From contig CAWJDX010000030.1 in NCBI GenBank assembly GCA_963841755.1, positions 78-64,077 on the forward strand: a stretch of 64,000 nt of DNA. Direction: 5' to 3'. Under the pieces are notes generated by a model. The model was given only the letters and a program-made list of their open reading frames with translations. It did not search any database and had not been told where the DNA came from. Position numbers and translations under genes: made by a program. The DNA comes from an uncultured Candidatus Rokubacteria bacterium (GTDB lineage Bacteria; Methylomirabilota; Methylomirabilia; Rokubacteriales; CSP1-6). Position 1 is the stretch's first letter; each line of letters opens with the position of its first letter. This document shows, piece after piece, positions 18,152-28,447 of this stretch.

Positions 18152-20302
18152 CTAGAGGCCGCGAACCCGCTCGACGTTGACGATGTCCTTCACCTCGCGG
18201 ATGGCCTGCATGATGTCCTGCAGCTGGCGCAGGTCCTCGACCTCCACCACGAAGTGGTTGAGCCCCTTCCGATCGTCGGTGACCGTGATCTCGGCCTTGA
18301 TGATGTTGCCCTGCCGGGACGAGATGGCGGCGGTGATCTCGGCGAGCAGGCCCGGCCGGTCGCGCCCGATGTAGACCGCGATGCGCACCGGGCGCTTGGC
18401 CGGCTCGGCCGCGCCCCACTCCACCGTGACCAGCCGCTCCTTGTCGAGCACGTTCTTGGCCACCGTGAGGCAGTCGCGGGCGTGCACGGTGAGGCCGCGC
18501 CCGCGGGTGATGAACCCGACGATGCCGTCGCCCGGAACCGGGGAGCAGCACTTGGCGAAGCGCACCAGGAGGTCGTCCACGCCGCGGATCCGGACCGCGG
18601 GGCCCTCCCCCTTGCGCGCGGGCCGCGCCGGCCTGGCCTCGGTGGCCGCGTCGGTGTCGTGCACCGCGGCGGGGGCCAGCTTGCCCAGGACCGTCTGGAT
18701 CGAGGTCTTCCCGTAGCCGATCGAGGCCAGCAGGTCGTCGGACGACGGAAACCCGAGCTCGCCGATCAGCTTCTTCATCTCGTCGGAGGCGAGCAGCGTC
18801 CCCGGGGCCAGCCGGTACTTCTTGGCCTCGCGCTCGAACAGCTCGCGGCCGAGGGCCAGCGAACGGGTGCGCTCCTCGATCTTCAGCCACTGGTTGATCT
18901 TGGCGCGGGCGCGGTTGGACTTGACGATCTTGAGCCAGTCGCGGCTCGGGTGCTGGGTGGGCGACGTGACGATCTCGAGGATGTCGCCCTGGCGCAGGGT
19001 GTAGCGCAGCGGCACCAGCTTGCCGTTGACCTTGGCCCCGACGCAGTGGTGGCCCACGTCGGTGTGGACCGCGTAGGCGAAGTCGACCGGGGTCGCGCCC
19101 TCCGGCAGCGCCTTCACGTCCCCGCGGGGCGTGAACACGTAGACCTCGTCCGGGAAGAGGTCGAGGCGCACGCTGTCGAGGAACTCCTTGGGGTCGCTCG
19201 TCTCCTTCTGGGACTCCAGGAGCTGGCGCAGCCAGGTGAAGGCGTCGTCGAACTTGTCGCGGTCGCTCCGCTTCTCCTTGTAGAGCCAGTGGGCCGCGAT
19301 GCCCTCCTCCGCGATGCGATGCATGTCGTAGGTGCGGATCTGGATCTCGACCGGGTCGCCCTTGGGCCCGATGACCGTGGTGTGGAGCGACTGGTACATG
19401 TTGACCTTGGGCATCGCGATGAAGTCCTTGAATCGCCCGGGCACCGGCTTCCACAGCGAGTGCACCACCCCGAGGGCGCCGTAGCAGTCGCGGACCGAGC
19501 TGGTCAGCACCCGGACCGCGGTCAGGTCGTAGATCTCGTCGAACTCCCGGCCGCCCTCGTGCATCTTCTTCCAGATCGAGTAGAAGTGCTTGGGCCGCCC
19601 CGCGATCTTGGACCCGATCCCCACCTCGGCCAGCTTGTCGTGCAGGAGGGTGATCAGGTTGTTGATCTCCGCCTCCCGCTCGAGCCGCCGCTTGGCCACC
19701 CGCCGCATCAGCTCCTGGTAGTCCTCGTGGTGGAGCACGCGGAGGGCCAGGTCCTCCAGCTCGGCCTTGACCTTGGCCATGCCCAGGCGGTGGGCGAGCG
19801 GGGCGTAGATGTCGAGCGTCTCCTGGGCGATCTTGCGGGCCTTGTCGGGAGGCAGGTACTGCAGCGTTCGCATGTTGTGCAGCCGGTCGGCCAGCTTGAT
19901 CATCAGCACGCGCAGGTCGCGCGCCATGGCCACCAGCATCTTGCGGAAGTTCTCGGCCTGGCGCTCTTCCCGGGAGGAGAAGGCCAGCTTGCCGATCTTC
20001 GTCACCCCGTCGACCAGGTCCGCGATCTCGGCCCCGAACTCCCGCTGGAGGTCCCCCTTGGTGGCCTTGGTGTCCTCCAGCACGTCGTGGAGCAGGCCCG
20101 CCGTGACCGTGGTCACGTCCATCTTGAAGTTGACCAGGAGGCCGGCGACCTCCAGGGGGTGGGACAGGTAGGGCTCGCCCGAGGCGCGCTGCTGTCCTTC
20201 GTGGGAGAGCTCGGAGAACCGGTAGGCGCGCTCCAGGAGGGCCAAGTCAGCGGCAGGCTGGTACTTGGGAATCTCCTCGATCAGCGTCTGCAGTTGGGTC
20301 AA
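18152..20302 (-). CDS. rel: Bifunctional (p)ppGpp synthetase/hydrolase (RelA/SpoT)
   Basis: RASGEPYLSHP, LLHDVLEDT (HD), GRPKH.YSI, YQSLHTT, TGS (DFAYAVHT), AKCCSPVPGD, ACT domain. Confidence 0.96.
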   Translation of the reverse strand: MTQLQTLIEEIPKYQPAADLALLERAYRFSELSHEGQQRASGEPYLSHPLEVAGLLVNFKMDVTTVTAGLLHDVLEDTKATKGDLQREFGAEIADLVDGVTKIGKLAFSSREERQAENFRKMLVAMARDLRVLMIKLADRLHNMRTLQYLPPDKARKIAQETLDIYAPLAHRLGMAKVKAELEDLALRVLHHEDYQELMRRVAKRRLEREAEINNLITLLHDKLAEVGIGSKIAGRPKHFYSIWKKMHEGGREFDEIYDLTAVRVLTSSVRDCYGALGVVHSLWKPVPGRFKDFIAMPKVNMYQSLHTTVIGPKGDPVEIQIRTYDMHRIAEEGIAAHWLYKEKRSDRDKFDDAFTWLRQLLESQKETSDPKEFLDSVRLDLFPDEVYVFTPRGDVKALPEGATPVDFAYAVHTDVGHHCVGAKVNGKLVPLRYTLRQGDILEIVTSPTQHPSRDWLKIVKSNRARAKINQWLKIEERTRSLALGRELFEREAKKYRLAPGTLLASDEMKKLIGELGFPSSDDLLASIGYGKTSIQTVLGKLAPAAVHDTDAATEARPARPARKGEGPAVRIRGVDDLLVRFAKCCSPVPGDGIVGFITRGRGLTVHARDCLTVAKNVLDKERLVTVEWGAAEPAKRPVRIAVYIGRDRPGLLAEITAAISSRQGNIIKAEITVTDDRKGLNHFVVEVEDLRQLQDIMQAIREVKDIVNVERVRGL

Positions 20303-20344
20303 CCCAGCGCCTCCTCAGGTTGACCTCAAATTCTGCCACTAAAA

Positions 20345-21286
20345 TCAGGCTTTTGCTACCGCTTTCTTCCTTCGGGCCATCCACCGCTCGCGCCAGCCCT
20401 GCCAGTCCACGATCAGCGAGCCGGCGATGTAGACCGTCGAGAAGGTGCCGGTCACGACCCCGATGGTCAGGACGAACGCCATGTCTTCCAGGACCTTGCC
20501 CCCGAACAGGTAGAGGACGGCGGTCGTGAAGAAGACGGTCAGGGCGGTGAGCACGGTCCGGGACAGGGTCTGGTTGATGGCGTTGTTGATCTGAGTCGCG
20601 AACGACTCACCCTTGCGGCGAGCGCCCTTGGTCCGGTTCTCCCGTACCCGGTCGTAGGCCACGATCGTGTCGTTGACCGAGTACCCGATGATCGTCAGGA
20701 GGGCGGCCAGGATCGGCAGGGACATCTCCCGGTTCGTCAGCGACATGGCCGAGAGGCAGATGAGCACGTCGTGGACGATGGCCGCGACCGAGGCCAGCCC
20801 CCCCAGCATGTCGAAGCGGATCGCGATGTAGGCGAGGATGCCGGCGACGCTCCAGAGGGCGGCATAGATCGCCTGGATCTGGAGGTCGCGGCCCACCTGG
20901 GGGCCCACGTACTCCACGCGCCGGACCTCGGGGGTGCCCAGCTCGGGCTCCTTGGCGAGGGCGGCCAGCGCCTGCTTGGTCACCTCCTCGGAGGCGGCCT
21001 CGACGGCCGGCAGGCGGAGCAGGTACTCCCGCGTGTCGCCGAACTCCTGGATCACGCTCTCGCCCATCCGCACCGTCTCGAGCGCGCGCCGGATGCGGTC
21101 CACCGGCACCGGCTTCTCGAAGCGCACCTGGATCAGGGTGCCGCCCGAGAAGTCGATCCCGTAGCGCAGGCCGCCCTTGGCCACCATGGAGCCGAAGCCG
21201 GCCAGGATGAAGAGGGCCGAGATGATGTAGGCCCAGCGCCGCCGGCCGATGAAGTCGAAGTTGGGGTTGTGGAAGAGCTCGAACAT
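20345..21286 (-). CDS. secF: Protein translocase subunit SecF
   Basis: GIDFSGGT, VGPQVG, HDV, LTIIGYSVNDTIVAYDRVREN, NQTLSRT. Confidence 0.95.
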   Translation of the reverse strand: MFELFHNPNFDFIGRRRWAYIISALFILAGFGSMVAKGGLRYGIDFSGGTLIQVRFEKPVPVDRIRRALETVRMGESVIQEFGDTREYLLRLPAVEAASEEVTKQALAALAKEPELGTPEVRRVEYVGPQVGRDLQIQAIYAALWSVAGILAYIAIRFDMLGGLASVAAIVHDVLICLSAMSLTNREMSLPILAALLTIIGYSVNDTIVAYDRVRENRTKGARRKGESFATQINNAINQTLSRTVLTALTVFFTTAVLYLFGGKVLEDMAFVLTIGVVTGTFSTVYIAGSLIVDWQGWRERWMARRKKAVAKA

Positions 21287-21291
21287 GGCGG

Positions 21292-22848
21292 TCAGATCGA
21301 CAGCGACTCGCGCTTGTGCGAGCCCATGTACAGCAGGTCGAAGAGCAGGCGCGTGAAGAAGACCGCGGTGAAGAGGCTGGCCGCGATGCCGATCATGAGC
21401 GTCACCGCGAAGCCCTTGACCGGGCCGGTCCCGAACTGGAACAGGATGAGGCCCGACACCAGGACCGTGACGTGGGTATCGATGACGGTCTTGAACGCCC
21501 GGGAGAAGCCCGCCTCGATGGCGCCGCGGATGGTCTTCCCCCCGCGGAGCTCCTCGCGGATGCGCTCGAAGATGAGGATGTTCGTGTCCACCGCCATGCC
21601 GATCGTGAGCGCGATCCCGGCGATGCCGGGCAGCGTGAGGGTCGCGTGGAAGCCGGCCATGGTCGCGAGCAGCAGCAACAGGTTGAGGCCGAGCGCCACG
21701 TCGGCGATCAGGCCGGAGAGGCGGTAGTAGGCCATCATGAACACGAACACCAGCGCGGTCGAGGCCAGGATCGCGATGATGCCCTGGCGGACCGAGTCGG
21801 CGCCGAGCGACGGCCCCACCGTGCGCTCCTCGAGCACCTGGACCGGGGCGGGCAGCGCGCCCGCCCGCAGCACGATGGCCAGGTCGGTGGCCTCCGCGGA
21901 GGTGAAGCCGCCGGTGATCTGGGCGCGCCCGGACGGGATGCGCTCGCGGATCTGCGGGGCGGAGTGGATGTTGCCGTCCAGCACGATGGCGAGCCGCCGG
22001 CCGACGTTGGCGTCGGTCAGATCCGAGAAGGCCTTCCCGCCCGCCGCGTTGAAGTCGACCGAGACGTAGGGCTCGCTCGTGTTCTGGTCGATCGAGACCC
22101 GCGCGGTGGCCACGTCGCGGCCGGTCACGTAGGCCTTCTTCTGAACGACGAACGGCACCTTGCGCTCCTGATGGGTCTCCTTGTCCACCCGCCGCTGGTA
22201 GAGGATCTCGTCCCCGTCCGGCACCCCGGAGCGGAGCGCGCTCTCGGGGTCGACCTTGTCGTCCACCAGCTTGAACTCGAGGAGCGCGGTCTTGCCGATC
22301 AACGCCTTCGCCCGCGCCGGATCCTGGACGCCCGGGAGCTGGACCAGGATGCGGTTCTCGCCCTGCTGCTGGATGGAGGGCTCGGCGACCCCGAACTGGT
22401 CCACCCGGTTGCGGATCGTCTCGAGCCCCTGGCGCACCGCCAGCTCGCGGATCTGGGTCGCCTCGCGCGGCTTGAGGGTCATGACGATCCGGCCCGCCGC
22501 CTGATCGGCCTCCTTGCGGTCGAAGGCGCCCAGGACCTCGGTGGCCGTCGTGAGGGCGCTGTCCCAGCTCTGCGGGCTCGCGATCTGGATCGCGAGATCG
22601 GAGATCCCGCGCCGCTCGATCTTGGAGACCGCGATGCCCTTCTTCTCGAGCTCGCCGCGCACCGTGTCCCCCGCCCGCTCGACCTGCGCCTCCAGCGCCT
22701 TGTCGACGTCCACCCCGAGCACGAGATGGATGCCGCCCTGGAGATCGAGGCCCAGGTTGATGCTGGAGCGGGGCGGGTAGAGATACCACACCGACACCGC
22801 GATCACCACGATCACGAGGCCGATGCGAAGACCGAGGTTGCGCCGCAT
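21292..22848 (-). CDS. secD: Protein translocase subunit SecD
   Basis: LGLDLQGG, IRNRVDQFGVAEP, LRAGALPAP, GPSLGADS, GMAVDTNILIFERIREE. Confidence 0.97.
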   Translation of the reverse strand: MRRNLGLRIGLVIVVIAVSVWYLYPPRSSINLGLDLQGGIHLVLGVDVDKALEAQVERAGDTVRGELEKKGIAVSKIERRGISDLAIQIASPQSWDSALTTATEVLGAFDRKEADQAAGRIVMTLKPREATQIRELAVRQGLETIRNRVDQFGVAEPSIQQQGENRILVQLPGVQDPARAKALIGKTALLEFKLVDDKVDPESALRSGVPDGDEILYQRRVDKETHQERKVPFVVQKKAYVTGRDVATARVSIDQNTSEPYVSVDFNAAGGKAFSDLTDANVGRRLAIVLDGNIHSAPQIRERIPSGRAQITGGFTSAEATDLAIVLRAGALPAPVQVLEERTVGPSLGADSVRQGIIAILASTALVFVFMMAYYRLSGLIADVALGLNLLLLLATMAGFHATLTLPGIAGIALTIGMAVDTNILIFERIREELRGGKTIRGAIEAGFSRAFKTVIDTHVTVLVSGLILFQFGTGPVKGFAVTLMIGIAASLFTAVFFTRLLFDLLYMGSHKRESLSI

Positions 22849-23184
22849 CTAGGCCGACGACTCCTTGTCGCCCGCGACGGGCACGATCCGGCCGATCGCG
22901 GAGCGCTCGAACTCCATCTTGACCTGCTCGGCCACCTTCACGGTGACGGTGTGCTCGGACAGGCCCACCACGGTCCCGTAGAGCCCGCTCGACATGACGA
23001 CCCGATCGCCCTTCTTGACCGCGGAGAGGAGGGCCTCGCGGTCCCTCTTCTGCTTCTGCTGCGGCCGGATGATCAGGAAGTACATGATCGCGAACATGCC
23101 GATCATCAGGGGCAGGACGGACATGATGCCGCCGCCGTTGCCGCCGGCAGGCGACGGCCCCATTGCGTATGCGAGATCCACCAT
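22849..23184 (-). CDS. yajC: Preprotein translocase subunit YajC
   Basis: MYFLIIRPQQKQK...KKGDRVV..SGLYG. Confidence 0.95.
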   Translation of the reverse strand: MVDLAYAMGPSPAGGNGGGIMSVLPLMIGMFAIMYFLIIRPQQKQKRDREALLSAVKKGDRVVMSSGLYGTVVGLSEHTVTVKVAEQVKMEFERSAIGRIVPVAGDKESSA

Positions 23185-23189
23185 GAAGG

Positions 23190-24347
23190 TCACGCCTCCG
23201 AGTCAGCGGGTGAGTCGGCCGAGTCGCCCACGGATTCTACCCCATATCGCGCGAGAAACCGAGATCGGAACCGCCCGAACGCGCCATCGGCCACCGCCCG
23301 GCGCATGTCGCGCATGAGCCCCAGGTAGAACGTCAGGTTGTGGAGCGTCATCAGCCGATAGGCGAGCAGCTCGCGGGCCGCGAAGAGGTGGCGCAGATAG
23401 GCTCGCGAGAAGCGGCGGCACCCCTCGCAGGCGCACTCCGGGTCGAGCGGCGCCCCGTCCCGGGCGAATCGCGCGTTGCCGATGTTGATCGGCCCGTCCG
23501 GCGTGAAGGCCTGGCCGTTGCGGGCGTTCCGGGTGGGCAGCACGCAGTCGAAGAGATCGACGCCGCGCGCGACCGCCTCGACCAGGTCGGTCGGCTTCCC
23601 GACCCCCATGAGGTAGCGCGGCCGGTCCGCGGGCAGGAGCCCGGCCACCAGCTCGGTGATGTCGTACATCACCGGCTTGGGCTCTCCCACCGCCAGCCCG
23701 CCGATCGAATGGCCGGGCAGGTCCAGGCCGCCGATCGCTTCCACCGCGCGGCGCCGCAGCGGCTCGTAGGAGCCACCCTGCACGATCCCGAACAAGGCGC
23801 CGGGCGAGCCCGCGGTCCGGTGCGCGGCGATCGCCCGGGTGAGCCAGCGCTCGGTCAGCGCCAGCGAGCGCTCGGTCTCGGCCACGGTGGCCGGGTGCGC
23901 CAGGCACTCGTCGAGCGGATGCAGCACGTCGACGCCCAGCGCGTGCTGTACCGCCACGCACGACTCCGGCGTGAGGGTCCGGAGCGAGCCGTCGACGTGG
24001 GAGCGGAACTCCACGCCCTCCTCCCCGATCCGCCGCAGCTTCGAGAGGCTGAAGACCTGGAAGCCGCCCGAGTCGGTGAGGATCGGCCCGTCCCAGCCCA
24101 TGAACCGATGCAGGCCGCCCAGCTCACGCACGAGCTCGTGTCCCGGCCGCAGCATCAGGTGGTAGGTATTGGCCAGCACGATCTGGGCGCCCGCGGCGAG
24201 CAGATCCGAGGGAGCGAGGCTCTTGACCGAGCCCTGCGTCGCCACCGGCATGAAGGCCGGCGTCTCGACCGCCCCGTGCGCGGTGAGGATCCGGCCGAGG
24301 CGCGCGGCGCCGTCGGTCTTGACGAGCTCGAAGCGGAAGCCGCTCAT
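23190..24347 (-). CDS. tgt: Queuine tRNA-ribosyltransferase
   Basis: TPAFMPVAT, NTYHL, TDSGGFQVFSL, GIVQG, FDCVLPTRNARNG, CACEGC. Confidence 0.97.
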   Translation of the reverse strand: MSGFRFELVKTDGAARLGRILTAHGAVETPAFMPVATQGSVKSLAPSDLLAAGAQIVLANTYHLMLRPGHELVRELGGLHRFMGWDGPILTDSGGFQVFSLSKLRRIGEEGVEFRSHVDGSLRTLTPESCVAVQHALGVDVLHPLDECLAHPATVAETERSLALTERWLTRAIAAHRTAGSPGALFGIVQGGSYEPLRRRAVEAIGGLDLPGHSIGGLAVGEPKPVMYDITELVAGLLPADRPRYLMGVGKPTDLVEAVARGVDLFDCVLPTRNARNGQAFTPDGPINIGNARFARDGAPLDPECACEGCRRFSRAYLRHLFAARELLAYRLMTLHNLTFYLGLMRDMRRAVADGAFGRFRSRFLARYGVESVGDSADSPADSEA

Positions 24348-24350
24348 GCC

Positions 24351-25390
24351 TCAGTGGATCAGCATCGCGTCGCCGTACGAGTAGAAGCGATAGCGGGCCG
24401 CCACCGCGTGGCGGTAGGCGGCCAGGACGAGCTCGCGCCCCGCGAAGGCCGACACCAGGACGAGCAGGCTCGAGCGCGGCAGGTGGAAATTGGTGACGAG
24501 CGCGTCCACCACGCGGAAGCGGTGGCCGGGCCGGATGAACAGATCCGCCGGCCCCGTCCCCGCGCGCACCCGGCCGTCCTCGCCGGCCGCCCACTCGAGC
24601 GCCCGGGTGGTCGTCGTCCCCACCGCGACGACGCGGCGCCCCTCGCGCCGGGCCCGCTCGACCGCCGCCGCGGTCGACTCGGGGATGTCGATGGGCTCGG
24701 CCTCCATCCGGTGCTCCTCCACCCGCCCGGCGCGGAGCGGGCGGAACGTCCCGGGCCCCACGTGCAGCGTGAGGTAGTGGACTTCGACTCCGCAGCGCTC
24801 GAGCCGCGCGAGCAGCTCCGGCGTGAAGTGCAGGCCCGCGGTGGGCGCCGCCACCGAGCCGTCCTCGCGCGCGTACACCGTCTGGTAGCGCTCACGATCC
24901 TCCGGCTTCGGCGCGTCGTGCCGGCCGATGTAGGGCGGCAACGGCGGCAACCCGTGCCGCTCCATCAGCTCCCGCACCGGCCACGGCGCCTCGATCGCCA
25001 CGACGCGCGTGCCCTCGCTCCCCTCGCCCACCACCTGGGCCCGCGCCGCGCCTCCGGCCAGCTCGATGCGCGCGCCCGACCGCGACAGCGACGGCCCGGT
25101 CGCACCATCGCCTCCCACCGCTCGCCGCCGACCGGACGAATCAGCAGCAGCTCCACCGCGCTGCCCGCCCGGCTCCGCCGCACCCAGCAGCCGCGCCGGC
25201 ATCACCCGGCTCCGGTTCGCCACCAGGCAATCCCCGGCCCGCAGCAGCTCCGGCAGCTCGGCGAACCCGCGATCCTCCCACGCCCCCGCCGCCCGATCCA
25301 GCACCAGCAGCCGCGAAGCATCCCGCGGCTCCGCCGGCTCCTGCGCGATCAGCTCGGGCGGCAGCTCATAGTCGAAGAGGGAGCATCCAT
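24351..25390 (-). CDS. queA: S-adenosylmethionine:tRNA ribosyltransferase-isomerase; small indels near 25385 and 25075-25165
   Basis: FDYELPPELIAQEP, PLPPYI, YQTVYA, AAPTAGLHFT, TLHVGPGTF, TNFHLP.S, YRFYSYGDAM. Confidence 0.93.
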
Positions 25391-25470
25391 CGAGACTGAA
25401 GTGTAGCCCACGCGCCCCCGAACCAGAGAGAGCGACCGAGGGAAGAGAATGCCTGGCCAACGAGGGTGAC

Positions 25471-25648
25471 CGGGCCGGGGAGAGGCGCGGGGCGGGGGGC
25501 ACCCCCTCGCCGGGACCGTGTCTTCTGCGCGCTGTCGAAGGCTGAGACCTTCGGTCTCGTGGCCCGATCGAGACGGCGCCGCGGGTAGCGACTCAGCGTG
25601 TCCCGGCGAGGGGGTGCCCCCCGCCGCGCCCCGCCGCTCCCCGGCCCG
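25471..25648. repeat. Long imperfect palindrome (about 46-bp arms, about 83-nt core)
   Basis: GCGGGGGGCACCCCCTCGCCGGGAC ... GTCCCGGCGAGGGGGTGCCCCCCGC plus outer CGGGCCGGGGAG/CTCCCCGGCCCG. Confidence 0.8.
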
Positions 25649-25667
25649 CCTCGCGCGAGAGAGGCGG

Positions 25668-26024
25668 CTACCCGATCCGCGCCCCGGGCAACACCTCGAA
25701 GTCCGGCCGCAGCAGGATGACCTCGCCCCCCTCGCCGTACGCCCCGAGCACGAGCACCTCGGAGACGAAGGGGCCTATCCGCTTCGGCGGGAAGTTGACG
25801 ACCGCCACCACGCGCCGGCCGACGAGCGCCGCCGGCGTGTAGCGGTCGGTGATCTGCGCGCTCGACCGCTTGACGCCGAGCGGCCCGAAGTCGATCGCGA
25901 GCTTGAGCGCCGGGCGCCGCGCCTCCGGGAACTCCTGGGCGTCGATCACCACGCCCACGCGCATGTCGACGCGCTCGAATTCCTCCCAGGCCAGCGCGCC
26001 CCCGGGGCGGGGCTCAGCGGACAA
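25668..26024 (-). CDS. csaA: CsaA tRNA-binding / export chaperone
   Basis: FERVDMRVG, FPEARRPA.KL.IDFG, SSAQIT, VVNFPPKRIG..SEVLVLG. Confidence 0.93.
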   Translation of the reverse strand: MSAEPRPGGALAWEEFERVDMRVGVVIDAQEFPEARRPALKLAIDFGPLGVKRSSAQITDRYTPAALVGRRVVAVVNFPPKRIGPFVSEVLVLGAYGEGGEVILLRPDFEVLPGARIG

Positions 26025-27168
26025 TGGGGGGCGCGCCGGAGAAGGCGGGCAGCGTGGAGAGCATCGCGCCCGGATAGTAGTAGAGGACGATCCGCTGCGC
26101 GTTGTAGCCCTGGTCGGCCATGGTCTTGGCGCTCCACTGGTCGAGGCCGACCCCGTGCCCGTAGCCGCGTCCCACGAAGCGCACCATCGGCCCCACCACC
26201 GCGACCGCGAAGAGCGTGCTCTTGAGCGTGTCGTACCCCACCAGGCGCCGCAGATCGTTGCCCCGCAGGGTCACGGTGCCCGCGGTGCCGCGCACCGCGA
26301 TGCGGGCCACCCGGAGGGACACGCTCCGCTCGAGCACGTCGAGGGCCACCACGCGCCCGATCGAGATCCCGCCCCGCAGCAGGGCCGCCGACAGCTCGGA
26401 GAGCGGCAGCTCGAGGCGCCAGCGCTGGTGGGGCGACTCCGACGGGAACTCGACGCGAACCGGCTTGAGCGCCGGCATGTTCGAGGCCGCGAAGACCACC
26501 CGCGGGTCCTCGGTGTAGCCGCCGCTGTCGGTGTGGTAGAAGGCGGGGAACAGCTCGCCCTGCCAGAGGAGCACCTGGCCCGCGGTCTCCCGGACCGCGG
26601 TCCACACCACCGAGTCGGCCGGCACCCGGCCCACGTACTGCTGGTTCAGCGTCGAGGCGACCAGGTGGAAGGCCTTCTCCGCGTTGAGCCGCCGATGGTA
26701 CGCCGCGTAGGTCCGGGCCACGATCGCCTGGGCCTTCAGCATCTCGAGCGGCATCTTGTCCCCGGCCTCGGCCTTGACCGCGCCGGCCAGGTAGTCCTCG
26801 AGCGGCAGCTCGTTGATCACGGTCAGCCCGTCGCCGCTCTTGACGATCTCGAGCGCCCCGGGATACTCGCGGTTGTTGGTGCGCAGCGAGCCGACGTCGG
26901 CGGGGGCCAGACGCAGACCCTCGACCCGGCGGCCCGCGACCTCGATGGCGCCGTTCTTGAGCGTGGCGCGGAGCCACGTGGGGGAATCGTTCACCACCGA
27001 TCGCCCGGCCAGGTCGCTCACCATCATGGGCCCGCCGCCCACCTCGACCGTCTTGAGCCCGTCGGCGATGGCCACCCGGATGTCGCCCGCGGCCAGGGCC
27101 GGACCCGCGCCGAGGATCACCGAGAGCATCGGGACCAGCGCCAGCAGGCCGCGGAGCGCGAGGGTCAG
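26014..27168 (-). CDS. SpoIID/LytB-domain lytic transglycosylase-like protein (start uncertain: CTG 27168 or ATG 27129)
   Basis: VINELPLEDYLAG, EMLKAQAIVARTYA, QQYVG, YHTDSGGYTE, GRGYGHGVGLDQ. Confidence 0.88.
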   Translation of the reverse strand: MTLALRGLLALVPMLSVILGAGPALAAGDIRVAIADGLKTVEVGGGPMMVSDLAGRSVVNDSPTWLRATLKNGAIEVAGRRVEGLRLAPADVGSLRTNNREYPGALEIVKSGDGLTVINELPLEDYLAGAVKAEAGDKMPLEMLKAQAIVARTYAAYHRRLNAEKAFHLVASTLNQQYVGRVPADSVVWTAVRETAGQVLLWQGELFPAFYHTDSGGYTEDPRVVFAASNMPALKPVRVEFPSESPHQRWRLELPLSELSAALLRGGISIGRVVALDVLERSVSLRVARIAVRGTAGTVTLRGNDLRRLVGYDTLKSTLFAVAVVGPMVRFVGRGYGHGVGLDQWSAKTMADQGYNAQRIVLYYYPGAMLSTLPAFSGAPPIVR

Positions 27169-27392
27169 CGCCGGCCGAAGAGCGAGAAGAGCAGCGTGAG
27201 GACCACCGAGATGACGAGGCAGGTCGCGAGCGGGAAGTAGAGCGACCAGTTGCCCCGCTGGATGTGGATGTCCCCCGGCAGTCGTCCGAGCCATGGAATC
27301 CTTCCCGACAGATTTCCCGCGAAGAGCAGGATCAGTCCCAGGCATACCATCAGGGCACCGAAACCCAGAAGCATTTTCCCGAGATCGCGCAT
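27165..27392 (-). CDS. DUF2905 small membrane protein
   Basis: [30 protein letters not shown]; usual position after ruvB. Confidence 0.9.
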   Translation of the reverse strand: MRDLGKMLLGFGALMVCLGLILLFAGNLSGRIPWLGRLPGDIHIQRGNWSLYFPLATCLVISVVLTLLFSLFGRR

Positions 27393-27411
27393 CGCGATAC
27401 GCCGTCCGCGG

Positions 27412-28447
27412 CTAGAGCGGGAGCTGCCCCTGCCCGCTCGGCGACGCGGGAACCGTGTGGCCCAGGTGCGCGTAGGCCGCGGGGGTGGCCTTGCGCCCGC
27501 TCGGGCTCCGCACCACGTAGCCGATCTTGAGCAGGAAGGGCTCCACCACCTCGGCGAGCGTCTCCGCCTCGTCGTTGATGGTGGCCGCGATGGCCTCGAG
27601 GCCCACCGGGCCGCCCTTGTACTGCTCGATGATCGCGGTGAGGAACCGGCGGTCGAGCCGGTCGAGCCCGACCTCGTCCACCCCTTCCTGGTCGAGCGCG
27701 CGCCCGGCCAGAGGGGCGGTGACCACGCCGTCGGCCTTCACCTGCGCGTAGTCGCGCACCCGGCGGAGCAGCCGGTTGGCGATGCGCGGGGTGCCCGCGC
27801 GCCCGGCGCGCGATGGCCTCGGCGCCACCCGGGGCGACGTCCATCCCCAGGATCGAGGCGGAGCGGCGGATGATCGCGGCGAGATCCTCGTCGGAGTAGA
27901 AGTCGAGGTGGTGGAAGATCCCGAAGCGCTCCCGCAGCGGCGAGGAGAGCATGCCCGGGCGCGTCGTCGCGCCCACCATCGTGAAGGGCCGGAGCGGGAT
28001 GCGCATGGTGCGCGCGTTGAGCCCCTTGTCCATCACGAAGTTGATCGAGAAGTCCTCCATGGCCGGGTAGAGCAGCTCCTCGACCACGCGGGGCAGCCGG
28101 TGGATCTCGTCGATGAACAGCACGTCCCGCTCGGCCAGGTTGGTCAGGATGCCCATGAGGTCGGCGCCGCGCTCGAGCGAGGGCCCCGCGGTCGTCACGA
28201 TCGAGGCGCCCATCTCGTTGGCCATGATGGTGGCGAGCGTGGTCTTGCCGAGCCCCGGCGGCCCGGAGAGCAGCACGTGATCGAGCGGCTCGGCCCGCTG
28301 CCGCGCCGCCTCGACCGACACCCGCAGGCTCTCCACCGCCGCGCGCTGGCCGACATACTCTTCGAGGCGCTGCGGGCGGAGCTGCCGCTCCACCTGGGTC
28401 TCGTCGGGCAGCGCCACCCGGCTCATCACGCGCGCCTCGTCGGTCAC
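27412..28447 (-). CDS. ruvB: Holliday junction helicase RuvB; frameshift near 27800
   Basis: [55 protein letters not shown]. Confidence 0.93.

Noticed and set aside
26014-27168. SpoIID as evidence of sporulation
   Set aside because: SpoIID/LytB domains are widespread in non-sporulating bacteria at this ruvB-queA locus.
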